This document shows, piece by piece, positions 31,759 through 40,943 of a DNA stretch of 64,000 nt (its first letter is position 1; each line of letters opens with the position of its first letter). The notes beneath the pieces were generated by a model, which was given only the letters and a program-made list of their open reading frames with translations, did no database searches and was not told where the DNA came from. The translations under genes and the position numbers were made by a program. This DNA comes from Candidatus Marinacidobacterales bacterium (GTDB taxonomy: Bacteria; Acidobacteriota; Vicinamibacteria; Marinacidobacterales; DATDRI01), in NCBI GenBank assembly GCA_965219415.1, contig OZ244742.1, forward strand, positions 1,248,001 through 1,312,000, written 5' to 3'.

Positions 31759-32154
31759 GTGCATACTTTTACCATGTTGTTCTATTTGATACTTGGCTCT
31801 GCCCTGACGATATTCTTCATCTCCAACTTCGACCAACGGGTCATCGTCTACTTCGGTTGGCCGCCGTACCTGGGATTCCAGACGGTCGACATTCCTCTGG
31901 CGTTGGCGCTCTTGGGCGCCATGCTTGCGGGCTTTGTCATCGCGGCGTTTCTTGCCATCACCGATCAGTTTCGACTTCGAACCCGCTTGAGACAGTTGCG
32001 TAAGACGAACGAGAGGCTCGAGTCCGAGCTGGAAGCCCTCCGGAATCTTCCCTTGACGTCGTTGGCCCCGTCCGAAGGTCGGCCTGACATTCCCGAAAAT
32101 GAAGATACCGAGGAAGATACGAACCGGGACCCGGAACCCCGCCTGCTCGATTGA
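31759..32154 (+). CDS. lapA: LPS assembly protein A-like
   Basis: Two TM helices plus a coiled coil ending LRNLP, directly before lapB. Confidence 0.7.
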   Translation: MHTFTMLFYLILGSALTIFFISNFDQRVIVYFGWPPYLGFQTVDIPLALALLGAMLAGFVIAAFLAITDQFRLRTRLRQLRKTNERLESELEALRNLPLTSLAPSEGRPDIPENEDTEEDTNRDPEPRLLD

Positions 32155-32182
32155 ACCCGCTTCCGGCGACCATACCTAAGCG

Positions 32183-33403
32183 TTGATGAGTATCAATGAA
32201 CTGATTTCTCTCGTGGCGCTCATCGCCTTCGTCGTCGGTGTCGCGCTGGCTCAGCTTTGGGGAAAGTTGACCGGCCGGCGCCGGCCGGCGGGGCGTAGAG
32301 GAATCGGAGAGTCTTTCCATTACATCTTGGGGCTCGAGCTACTTGCCTCACGAAACGTCGATCGCGCCATATCCGAGCTCTCTCGTGCCGCCCGCTCTGA
32401 CACCGAGGCCATCGAGATCTATTTGATCCTTGGCAATCTCTTTCGGGAAAAGGGACAGGTCGAGCGTGCCATCCAGATACACCAAAGCATCTTGCATCGC
32501 CCTGGTCTTGTCCCGCGGGAGAAAGCCCATGCGCTTCTGTGTCTCGGGGTGGACTTTAAACGCGCCGGATTCCGTGACCGAGCGGTTGATACGTTGGCAG
32601 AAGTCCTGGCGATCGAACCCACGAATTCGTACGCACTCCTACACCTTCTGCGCATCCATGAAGAAGACCAGGATTGGGAAAAGGCTCTCTCCGTGCTTCA
32701 GAAGCTTGATGCGGCCAGTGAAGAGCCCAATCCCACTTTGGCCGCTTTCTTACACGACAAGATCGGCCAAGCGGCTCTCGACGCCGACGAGAAGCGAGCC
32801 GCGAGGAGCTTTGAAACGGCTATCGGCTATGACCGAACTCTGGCCCCTCCCTACCTCCATCTCGGCGACTTGTTGGAACGGCAGGGGTCCCTCTCTGCAG
32901 CGGTTGAGCAATGGGAGATGCTAGCCCGCGAGAATCCAGAGCATGCGTATTTGACGTTCGAGCGGCTGGAGAGGGTTTTTCTTCAGATTGGCGAAGAGGG
33001 GAAGCTGGATCGACTCTATCAGGACGCGATGGCGCGTGACCGCAGGGACTGGCGAGCGCATCTCGCCCTAGCGCGCGGAAAAGCTCGCAGGGGCGACACC
33101 GACGAGGCGCTCCAACTGTTGGCAACTGCCGCGGCGCACAATCCTCATGCTATCGAAGTGCATCTCGATTATTGGGATCTCCTGCTCGCCCATGGCGCGC
33201 CCAACGAACGTATCCAAAGCTATCTCGACAACGTACGCGACTCGATGTTCTTCCTCGATCCGCACATCTGCGTGAAATGCCACTACCGTGCCAACGGGAT
33301 TTTGTGGCGATGTCCCCACTGCCAAGAATGGAATACTTTCGTCGAGGAAAGGCTCGCGGCGCGGCAGCATTCGCCCGCAGCCGCGAGCGGACGGAACGCC
33401 TAG
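32183..33403 (+). CDS. lapB: LPS assembly protein B (TPR + rubredoxin)
   Basis: N-terminal TM, LGNLFREKGQVERAIQIHQ, and CVKC...CPHC..W. Confidence 0.88.
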   Translation: MMSINELISLVALIAFVVGVALAQLWGKLTGRRRPAGRRGIGESFHYILGLELLASRNVDRAISELSRAARSDTEAIEIYLILGNLFREKGQVERAIQIHQSILHRPGLVPREKAHALLCLGVDFKRAGFRDRAVDTLAEVLAIEPTNSYALLHLLRIHEEDQDWEKALSVLQKLDAASEEPNPTLAAFLHDKIGQAALDADEKRAARSFETAIGYDRTLAPPYLHLGDLLERQGSLSAAVEQWEMLARENPEHAYLTFERLERVFLQIGEEGKLDRLYQDAMARDRRDWRAHLALARGKARRGDTDEALQLLATAAAHNPHAIEVHLDYWDLLLAHGAPNERIQSYLDNVRDSMFFLDPHICVKCHYRANGILWRCPHCQEWNTFVEERLAARQHSPAAASGRNA

Positions 33404-34005
33404 CCAGCAGCGTCGCGCACCAAACTAGCCCAGACCTCCCCCACTCGCCGCTCGGTGTCTTCTAGACTCCCTGAGCTATCGACCACATAGTCGGCATAGA
33501 GTTTCTTTTGCTCGACGGAAAGCTGGGCGTCGACTCGGCGCGCCGCATCCTCGGGTGAGAGACCGTCCCGTGCCACCAAGCGCTCCAGCTGGACGTCGCG
33601 AGGACAGTAAACGACCACCACGCGATCATAATCACGATACGTTCCGGTCTCGATCATGAGTGCCGCGTCGATAACCCCGATTTGCATTTCCTCTCGCTCG
33701 GCCTGCTGCAAAAGCTTTTTCTCCTCTGCAATCACCTTCGGGTGAACGAGGCGGTTGAGCTGCCGTCGCGCGTCGGGATCCGAGAAAACAATGGCTCCCA
33801 ACTTTTTTCGATCGACCGACCCATCGGATGCCAGGACTTCCGGCCCGAATTGCCGACCGATCGCTTGGGTCAACTCAGTTTGCTGACCGAGGAGCCGGTG
33901 AACGACGGTATCGGCGTCCACAGTGAAGGCTCCTCGTTCGGCCAACAGTTTCCGAACGTGGGTCTTGCCGCATGCGATGCCCCCGGTGAGGCCTACCCTC
34001 AGCAT
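33400..34005 (-). CDS. coaE: Dephospho-CoA kinase
   Basis: VGLTGGIACGKT, DAD, DRKKLGAIVF and HP. Confidence 0.95.
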   Translation of the reverse strand: MLRVGLTGGIACGKTHVRKLLAERGAFTVDADTVVHRLLGQQTELTQAIGRQFGPEVLASDGSVDRKKLGAIVFSDPDARRQLNRLVHPKVIAEEKKLLQQAEREEMQIGVIDAALMIETGTYRDYDRVVVVYCPRDVQLERLVARDGLSPEDAARRVDAQLSVEQKKLYADYVVDSSGSLEDTERRVGEVWASLVRDAAG

Positions 34006-34937
34006 GGCGGGCGACTAGAGGAGAGGCGTCTCTGGCGCGCCAAACGCGCGGCATTGACGAGCAGCATCGCGATGGTGAGTGGACCAACACCTCCCGGCAC
34101 GGGGGTGAGCGCCCCGGCCACTTCCTCCGCTTCGCGCGGATGCACATCTCCCACCAAGGTGTAACCCTTCTCCTCGAGTTGGGCGAGGCGTGGCGAGTCG
34201 TCTCCGAAGTAATCCCGCACCGCTTGCGGATCCTCGATGCGGTTGATGCCAACATCCACCACCACCGCTCCCGGCTTGATGAAGTCTCGCCCGACTAACG
34301 CCGGCCTACCGAGGGCCGCGATCAAGATGTCCGCCTCTGCGGCCACCTTGGCCAACTCCCGTGTCCGCGAGTGGCACACCGTCACCGTCGCGTGCTCATG
34401 GAGGAGTAGAAGCGCCATGGGCTTTCCAACGATGTTGCTCCTTCCGAGCACCACCGCGCGGGCGCCTTTGATTTCCACCTTTTCCCTCTTAAGTAGCTCG
34501 AGAATACCCGCGGGAGTGCATGGCCGAGGCGCTGGCTCGTTTTGAACTAGCCGACCGACGTTTACCGGATGAAAACCGTCCACGTCCTTGTCCGGCCGAA
34601 TGAGAGGAATGAACTCGCTCGCGTCGAGGTGATCGGGAAGCGGAAGCTGCAGCAGAATAGCGTCCACGTCTTCCTTTTGGTTCAGAGTCTCGATCTGCTC
34701 GGCGAGCGCCTCGCGGCTGGTGTCGGCTCCGAGGCGGATGGCTTCGGAATGAATGCCTGCTTTTTCCGAGGCCCGCGTCTTGTTCCGCACATAGATCTCG
34801 GATGCCGGACTGTCTCCAACCAGAATCGCAACTAGTCCGGGAACCACTCCTCGAGCGGCTAGCTCGCTCACGTCTTGGCGGACGTCTTCACGGATAGCCT
34901 GCCCCACTTTCTTGCCATCGAGTACGTGTGCGCTCAA
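33999..34937 (-). CDS. folD: Methylene-THF dehydrogenase/cyclohydrolase
   Basis: YVRNK, KDVDGFHP, GRSNIVGKP and PVPGGVGPLT. Likely start is TTG at 34937 after AAGGAG. Confidence 0.95.
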   Translation of the reverse strand: MSAHVLDGKKVGQAIREDVRQDVSELAARGVVPGLVAILVGDSPASEIYVRNKTRASEKAGIHSEAIRLGADTSREALAEQIETLNQKEDVDAILLQLPLPDHLDASEFIPLIRPDKDVDGFHPVNVGRLVQNEPAPRPCTPAGILELLKREKVEIKGARAVVLGRSNIVGKPMALLLLHEHATVTVCHSRTRELAKVAAEADILIAALGRPALVGRDFIKPGAVVVDVGINRIEDPQAVRDYFGDDSPRLAQLEEKGYTLVGDVHPREAEEVAGALTPVPGGVGPLTIAMLLVNAARLARQRRLSSSRPPC

Positions 34938-35155
34938 ATTCTCTCCTTGTCCGGCCCACTTGCACTTTCGCGATGCCTCTACCAAAGGATTAACGGTAAA
35001 GGAAACCACTTGCACCCTCACCCGCCGTCTGACCGACGCCTGGCCAACTGTTTTATGGCTACTCCCTATTTTGGCGTCCCTCATGAGCACGACGTATTTT
35101 GACGGCCACTCTCCCGACCCGCCTCCGCCCGCCTCAACCCCAATGACTTCGGCGG

Positions 35156-35184
35156 GTCCGCCGGAGCTTCCAGCGAAGGCGGAC
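35156..35184. repeat. REP-like hairpin GTCCGCC...GCGAAGGCGGAC downstream of accC
   Basis: Inverted repeat seen directly. Confidence 0.45.
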
Positions 35185-35215
35185 GGGAGAGGGACTAAAG
35201 GATGAAGAAACTAAA

Positions 35216-36574
35216 TTAAAGCACAGGTGCAGTGTCCTTCGCCGCAAAACGCTCGAGGAATCGTGTGTTGTAACGCCCTTCTTGAAAATCTTGGTCGGCG
35301 AGGATCTTCTGATGCAACGGGGCGGTCGTCTTCACGCCCTCGATGACGGTCAAGCTCAAGGCACGTCTCATTCGCCCGATGGCCGCCTTGCGAACGCGGT
35401 CATGCACGACTAGCTTAGCAATCATCGAATCGTAGTATGGGAGCACTTTGCACTCGGAGTGCGCCGCAGTGTCGACCCGAACGCCCGGTCCACCCGGAAG
35501 GTGAAAGGCGTGGATAGTCCCCGGCGATGGCGTGAAGGTGTCGGGATCCTCGGCGTTGATCCGACACTCGATACTCGCACCGTAGAAGGAGACTTCTTTC
35601 TGAGAATAGCCAAGCGGCTCTCCACAAGCGATACGGATTTGCTCCTTCACCAGATCGATGCCGGTGACCATTTCGGTTACCGGATGCTCTACTTGGATGC
35701 GCGTGTTCATCTCCATGAAGTAGAACTTCTCGTTCTCATCCAGCAGGAACTCGATGGTGCCGGCATTGACGTAGTCTACGGCGCGCGCTCCGTCCACCGC
35801 CAAGCGTCCCATTTTCTTGCGCAGGCGGTCCGTTAGTCCCGGCGAAGGCGACTCCTCGAGAAGCTTTTGGTGGCGCCTCTGGATGGAACATTCGCGTTCT
35901 CCGAGATGCACCACGTTGCCCTTCGAATCGCCCAGAATTTGTATCTCGATGTGCCTTGGACTCTTCAGGTATTTCTCGAGGTAGACATCGCCCACTCCGA
36001 AAGCGGACTCCGCCTCCTGACGAGCGGCCCGGAACGCCTTGGACAGCTCGGCCTCATTGTCCACGATTCGCATACCGCGGCCACCACCACCGGCAGAAGC
36101 CTTGAGTATGACCGGGAAGCCGATGCCTTTCGCCACCTGAACTGCTTGCTCCGCATCTTCCATGATTCCGTTCGAACCAGGTAGAACGGGAACACCGGCC
36201 TTCTTCATCGTCCGCCGGGCGAGGGCCTTGTCTCCCATCAATCGGATGGCACGCGGGCTGGGTCCGATGAACTTGATGTGGCATGCCTCGCACACTTCGG
36301 CCAAGTACGAGCTCTCAGCGAGGAACCCGTAGCCAGGATGAATAGCGTCGGCGCCCGTGATCTCAGCGGCGGAAATGATATTCGGAATATTGAGATAGCT
36401 GTCGACGCTTCGCGCCGGACCGATACAAACTTCCTCATCCGCAAAGCGAACGTGCAGCGAGTCTCGATCGGCGTCCGAGTAGACCGCTACCGTGCGAATG
36501 CCCAGCTCCTTACAGGCGGAGAGGACCCTGAGCGCAATCTCGCCGCGGTTGGCGATCAGGATCTTTTTGAACAT
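35216..36574 (-). CDS. accC: Acetyl-CoA carboxylase biotin carboxylase
   Basis: [27 protein letters not shown] and [10 protein letters not shown]. Confidence 0.96.
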   Translation of the reverse strand: MFKKILIANRGEIALRVLSACKELGIRTVAVYSDADRDSLHVRFADEEVCIGPARSVDSYLNIPNIISAAEITGADAIHPGYGFLAESSYLAEVCEACHIKFIGPSPRAIRLMGDKALARRTMKKAGVPVLPGSNGIMEDAEQAVQVAKGIGFPVILKASAGGGGRGMRIVDNEAELSKAFRAARQEAESAFGVGDVYLEKYLKSPRHIEIQILGDSKGNVVHLGERECSIQRRHQKLLEESPSPGLTDRLRKKMGRLAVDGARAVDYVNAGTIEFLLDENEKFYFMEMNTRIQVEHPVTEMVTGIDLVKEQIRIACGEPLGYSQKEVSFYGASIECRINAEDPDTFTPSPGTIHAFHLPGGPGVRVDTAAHSECKVLPYYDSMIAKLVVHDRVRKAAIGRMRRALSLTVIEGVKTTAPLHQKILADQDFQEGRYNTRFLERFAAKDTAPVL

Positions 36575-36626
36575 GGATGCATCTCGCTGGGAGTGAGGGG
36601 GGGCGGTGTTCGACGAGAACCGCCGC

Positions 36627-37100
36627 TTAACTGTTCACCCGAATGGCAAAGAGCTCGTCACCGAATTGAACGGGCTGCCCGTTCTCGACGAATACCTTTA
36701 CGATCTCACCCTCCTCCTCCGATTCGATCTCGTTCATGAGCTTCATCGCCTCGATGATACAGAGCACTTGCCCTAGTCCCACCGGGTCGCCTTCGTTGAC
36801 GAACGGAGGAGCACTGGGGTCGGGTGACCGGTAGAACGTCCCCACCATCGGTGAACGCACCAGAGTCACGCCAATTTCCTCCGCCGCAGCCGCCTTTTCA
36901 GGGCGTGGCTCGGCGGTCTCCGTCGGCGGGAGGAAGGCTGCCCCCGGATTGCTACGTGCGGCAGCGATCGGGGTTGGCGGTGCTGGCGAGTCGTGGCCCT
37001 TCTTGATCTTGACCTTGACTCCCTTTTCTTCAAGCTCGAACTCGGTGATGCCTTTCTCCAATACGAGATCGAGCAACTCCTTGAGCTCTTTCAGATTCAA
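36627..37100 (-). CDS. accB: Biotin carboxyl carrier protein
   Basis: SPMVGTFY and the EAMKLMNEI biotinylation motif. Confidence 0.95.
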   Translation of the reverse strand: MNLKELKELLDLVLEKGITEFELEEKGVKVKIKKGHDSPAPPTPIAAARSNPGAAFLPPTETAEPRPEKAAAAEEIGVTLVRSPMVGTFYRSPDPSAPPFVNEGDPVGLGQVLCIIEAMKLMNEIESEEEGEIVKVFVENGQPVQFGDELFAIRVNS

Positions 37101-37143
37101 AGACGTTGGTCTCCGCTACCGGCACCTACTACGTGAGAAGGCG

Positions 37144-38247
37144 CTAACCATAACACACCCATGAAAAGTCCTGCAATCCGTCCTCGTTGCGACTGAGGAG
37201 CCGGTACCCGTCCTCGGTCACCAGAACATCGTCTTCCAAACGCACTCCACCCTGTCCCGGGATGTAGATCCCAGGCTCAACGGTGAAGACCATTCCCGGC
37301 TTGAGCCGCTCCACCCGACCCGGCGAGATCCAGGGGGCCTCGTGAACCTCTAGGCCGATTCCGTGCCCAGTTCCGTGCCCAAAAAACTCGCCAAAGCCGG
37401 CCGCTTCGATGACTTCTCGAGCTGCGGCGTCCACTTCCTGAGCCTCCACCCCGGGCCCGATCCTTTGAATCGCAGACTGTTGAGCGACGGCGACCACTTC
37501 GTAGATCCGTGCCATCTCCTTCGGCGGGTCCCCGATCGAAAAAGTCCGGGTGATGTCGCTCGCGTACCCTTCCATGACGCCACCGAAGTCCGCGACCACG
37601 ATGTCTCCAGCCCCAAAATGACGGTCTGTGGGGCGACCGTGCGGAAGCGCCGAACGCGAACCTGAAGCCACAATAGTCTCGAAAGAGTTCTTTTCATAAC
37701 CCTCTCGTCGCAATCGGTAGTCGAGCTCGGTAGCCAACGCTCGCTCGGTTGTCCCGACTCGGAGCGAGCCCCGTATCGAATCGAGTGCGGGCATCAAGCC
37801 GACCGCCGCGCGTTCGAGCACCGCGAGCTCGGATGCATCCTTCACGACGCGCAGCTCTTCGACCCACTCCTGCGTTCCTAGGAGTCGAGCCGTGGGCAGT
37901 TCGGACTCCAACAACTTCAGCTGGGAGACCCGAAGGTGGGCCTCTTCGTATGCTAGGCTCTTGAAAGCTCGAGCACGAGTGAATCGCGCCAGGGTCTCCT
38001 GGTAGGAACCGGAGACCAAGTGGATTTCGAGCTGGCCGGTCTCCTCCCGAGACTGGCTCTTGTATCGCGAGTCCGTGATGAGTGTGGTGGTCTCGTCTTG
38101 TTCGACTACGAGCACCGCAGCGCTTCCCGAAAATCCAGAGAGATACCGGACGTTGGGCAAGTGAGTGACGATGAAAGCCAGGACGGTCAGCCCGTCGAGA
38201 GATCGCGCCAGCCGCGCACGGCGATCCACGAACTGGAACGATGACAT
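37144..38247 (-). CDS. Xaa-Pro aminopeptidase (M24B)
   Basis: RYLSGFSGS, SALPHG, SDITRT, HGTGHGIGLEVHE, EPGIY and LEDD. Confidence 0.92.
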   Translation of the reverse strand: MSSFQFVDRRARLARSLDGLTVLAFIVTHLPNVRYLSGFSGSAAVLVVEQDETTTLITDSRYKSQSREETGQLEIHLVSGSYQETLARFTRARAFKSLAYEEAHLRVSQLKLLESELPTARLLGTQEWVEELRVVKDASELAVLERAAVGLMPALDSIRGSLRVGTTERALATELDYRLRREGYEKNSFETIVASGSRSALPHGRPTDRHFGAGDIVVADFGGVMEGYASDITRTFSIGDPPKEMARIYEVVAVAQQSAIQRIGPGVEAQEVDAAAREVIEAAGFGEFFGHGTGHGIGLEVHEAPWISPGRVERLKPGMVFTVEPGIYIPGQGGVRLEDDVLVTEDGYRLLSRNEDGLQDFSWVCYG

Positions 38248-38282
38248 GGGACGAGCGAGGCGTCGAGCCCGAGCTAAGGCCC

Positions 38283-38642
38283 CTAAGCGAACTCTTTTTC
38301 CAGCCTAAGCGTGGCGCGCCGCATCGCGAAGCGGGCCCGCCCATGGTTCGAGCCTCGCCTCATGACCCCGAGAAGGATGTAGTCCTCGGTGATGGCGACG
38401 GCGAGGATCACGAGAAGTTCGGTAGTGATCGTGATCTCCCGTAAGTTTCCGGCGCCGACTTCCTCCGATGCTTGCCGCGTGTTCTTTAGGAGTGCGGTAC
38501 ACTCGGCGGCCAACGTCTCGAAGTTGACCGTCTCGTCCAAAGCGAGCTGCTCGATGGGGATGCCATCCATTCCCATCACCACGAGACCTACCCAGCCATC
38601 GACCTTCTTCGCTACGTCCTGCAAGACTTCCGAGAAAACCAT
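38283..38642 (-). CDS. Roadblock/LC7 domain protein (MglC-like synteny)
   Basis: 119 aa with VMGMDGIPI and NHGRARF, located between pilQ and accB. Confidence 0.75.
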   Translation of the reverse strand: MVFSEVLQDVAKKVDGWVGLVVMGMDGIPIEQLALDETVNFETLAAECTALLKNTRQASEEVGAGNLREITITTELLVILAVAITEDYILLGVMRRGSNHGRARFAMRRATLRLEKEFA

Positions 38643-38652
38643 CCTTACTCCT

Positions 38653-40170
38653 TCAGGATCTGCCGATGGCGACGAGCCACCCTTCTAACGCGCGGATCGC
38701 CTTTTCGAGAGCATGCACGTTGGGATTGGCTCGACCCGTCGCCGCACTGCCCCCCCCTCGCTCGGCAGGCGCGGGTTCCTGTGACGCTTTGACCAACATC
38801 TCGAGCTCTTCCATACGGCCACTTAGTTCCACATTGTCTGGCTGAATGGCGACCAGTTGCCGGTACACCCCCAAGGCACGGTCGAGATGACCCTGGGACG
38901 CGTAAAGCTCCGCCAGGGTCTCAGTGGCGAGCCCCGGCTTGTCTTCTTCAGCCGGTTCAGCCGATTCAACTGGCGTCGCGGTGGCACCGAAACCAACCGG
39001 CCCGATGGGCTGGACAGGCACTACAGGCTCAGTCGTCTGCTGGAGGGGTGACGGCTCGAGGGCCATCGGTTCGACACTCTCGATAGGCTCAATGGGCTCT
39101 ATAGGCTGAAAAGGCTCAGCAGGGACTACGGCAGCATCGACGCCTTCGTCGACTGGAAGCACGGGTTGCCCCGGTTCTTCCGGCGAGGCCAGTTCTTGAG
39201 GTTCGGACGGTATTCCGAACTCAGATCCAGCGGGTTCCAACGGGGCCAATTCTTGGGGTTCCTGGGGTATACCAAACTCGGTGCTAGATGAAGCCGGCGG
39301 TGGTTCCGACGCAACGGTTGGGCCTTGCGGAACAATAGTGGGTGGGGTAGGCGGGGTGGGCGCCGACGCCTCGCTCTCCCGATCCTGTGGTGCCCCCGGT
39401 CGTACCGATGCCGGGTCCACCATGGGAGTCGGTTCATTGAGCGCCGGGGGAGCCGCGTCATCAGGAACTCCTGGCGCGACAGGTGGTGGCTCCCCGCTCT
39501 TGTTCACCGGTGGAGGAATGGATCCGACATCCATGATCTCCCGGGCCTGTCGCTTGAAAATCGAAGTGACCGGTTGATCTTCGAGCTCCTCCTGTATCGA
39601 ACGGACATCCTCCGACAGGGAGTCAGAACCACCCATCTCGCTGGCCTGCCTCTCGATGAGGAAGGACGAAGGCGGCCTCTTCGGGGGTATCGTCGGGGTC
39701 GTGCTTTGCTCGCCCATGGGGGGCGTGCCGGCACCATCTGCGGGGCTTGCAGGCGGCGACGCAGGTGGAGCGGCGATGGCCGCCTCGACCTGCCCGATAC
39801 GATCGACGAGGTCCTTGTCCTCCGGCGACAAGGTGCTCGCTAGCTGGTATTTCGAAAGCGCCTCTTGAAGATGGCCCAGCCCGTGGTACGTTTCTCCAAG
39901 AAACTTCAACGCGAGAAGATTGTCCGGCACTTGCTGGAGTACTTGCTCGAATTCCCCGCGGGCTTCCTCGAGCGAATTCGACTCGAGTAGTGCTCGGCCT
40001 AGGGCGACCCGGGCAGAGAAGTAATTGGGATGTTTCTCGAGGCCGTCGCGGCAGGTCGCGACGGCATCCTCTTGCAGGCCGGCCTTGCGGTACTCCTCGG
40101 CAAGCTGGACGAAGATTTTGGAGTTGGGGTCGGCGGCCAGCCATTTTTCCAGATCTTCAATCCGACTCAT
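38653..40170 (-). CDS. TPR protein with long Pro/acidic linker and C-terminal TPR
   Basis: N-terminal DPNSKIFVQLAEEYRK...HPNYFSARVALG TPRs; C-terminal TETLAELYASQGH. Confidence 0.8.
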   Translation of the reverse strand: MSRIEDLEKWLAADPNSKIFVQLAEEYRKAGLQEDAVATCRDGLEKHPNYFSARVALGRALLESNSLEEARGEFEQVLQQVPDNLLALKFLGETYHGLGHLQEALSKYQLASTLSPEDKDLVDRIGQVEAAIAAPPASPPASPADGAGTPPMGEQSTTPTIPPKRPPSSFLIERQASEMGGSDSLSEDVRSIQEELEDQPVTSIFKRQAREIMDVGSIPPPVNKSGEPPPVAPGVPDDAAPPALNEPTPMVDPASVRPGAPQDRESEASAPTPPTPPTIVPQGPTVASEPPPASSSTEFGIPQEPQELAPLEPAGSEFGIPSEPQELASPEEPGQPVLPVDEGVDAAVVPAEPFQPIEPIEPIESVEPMALEPSPLQQTTEPVVPVQPIGPVGFGATATPVESAEPAEEDKPGLATETLAELYASQGHLDRALGVYRQLVAIQPDNVELSGRMEELEMLVKASQEPAPAERGGGSAATGRANPNVHALEKAIRALEGWLVAIGRS

Positions 40171-40298
40171 CTTGGGTTCGCTTGATACCAGTGTAACGCA
40201 TAAAGGCGGAGCGGAACCAGGTCCGCTCCGCCTTTCGGATAGTTGTCGAGCGTCAAAGCCCATTTGAATCTATTCCACATGAACGCCTCCCTGAAGCT

Positions 40299-40938
40299 CT
40301 AATTGCCACCTTCGCTTGCAAAATCAGCGAAATGGATGTTGAGGACCGACTTGGCCGAAATCTCTCGGCCCGCGCCGTCGGTGCCGAAGAATTCGACCTC
40401 GGCGATGACCGACAGCACAACCGCTCCCCCGTTGAACGCGAGGTTGCGTAGCGGTGCCTCGAGCTTGGCCTGATCTCGTACGATGACGAAGCTTCGCGTG
40501 GCCGCGCCTCCACCGACCGCCACCGTAAAGTTCGCGGCGCCATCGAAAGGAAAGGGCACGTCCTCGCCGGGCCGGTTCCGCCCGTCGGTGCGAATGAACG
40601 TGACCCTATAGGTCCGGAACGTCACAATCGTTGAAGAACGAAGTCTGGGTCTGAAGCGGGTTCTTCAAAGTGGCCGAGAGTTGGACGAGACCGAAATCGG
40701 CAGTGACCGTGCACGTCCCCTCGGTGAAGCTATCGTTGGAGCAGATGTCGGACAGTAAGTCATCGGTTCCCGAACCGGTCGGGGACCCGGCTACGCCCTG
40801 CATGGTGTCGATGATAATGATCGTGTTTGTCGTATCCTGCTCCAACACGTTGGGGGTGCTGCAGCTAATCAAGTGCAGGCAGAACACCGCCGCAATGAGT
40901 AGGAACGCTTTAGCTCTGAAAAACGAAGTCATTCCCAT
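40299..40938 (-). CDS. Putative lipoprotein downstream of pilQ (frameshift near 40622)
   Basis: Lipobox LISC. ORFs 40606-40938 and 40299-40625 join as FND|VTFRTYRVTFIRTDG if one base is removed. Confidence 0.6.
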
Positions 40939-40943
40939 GCCTC

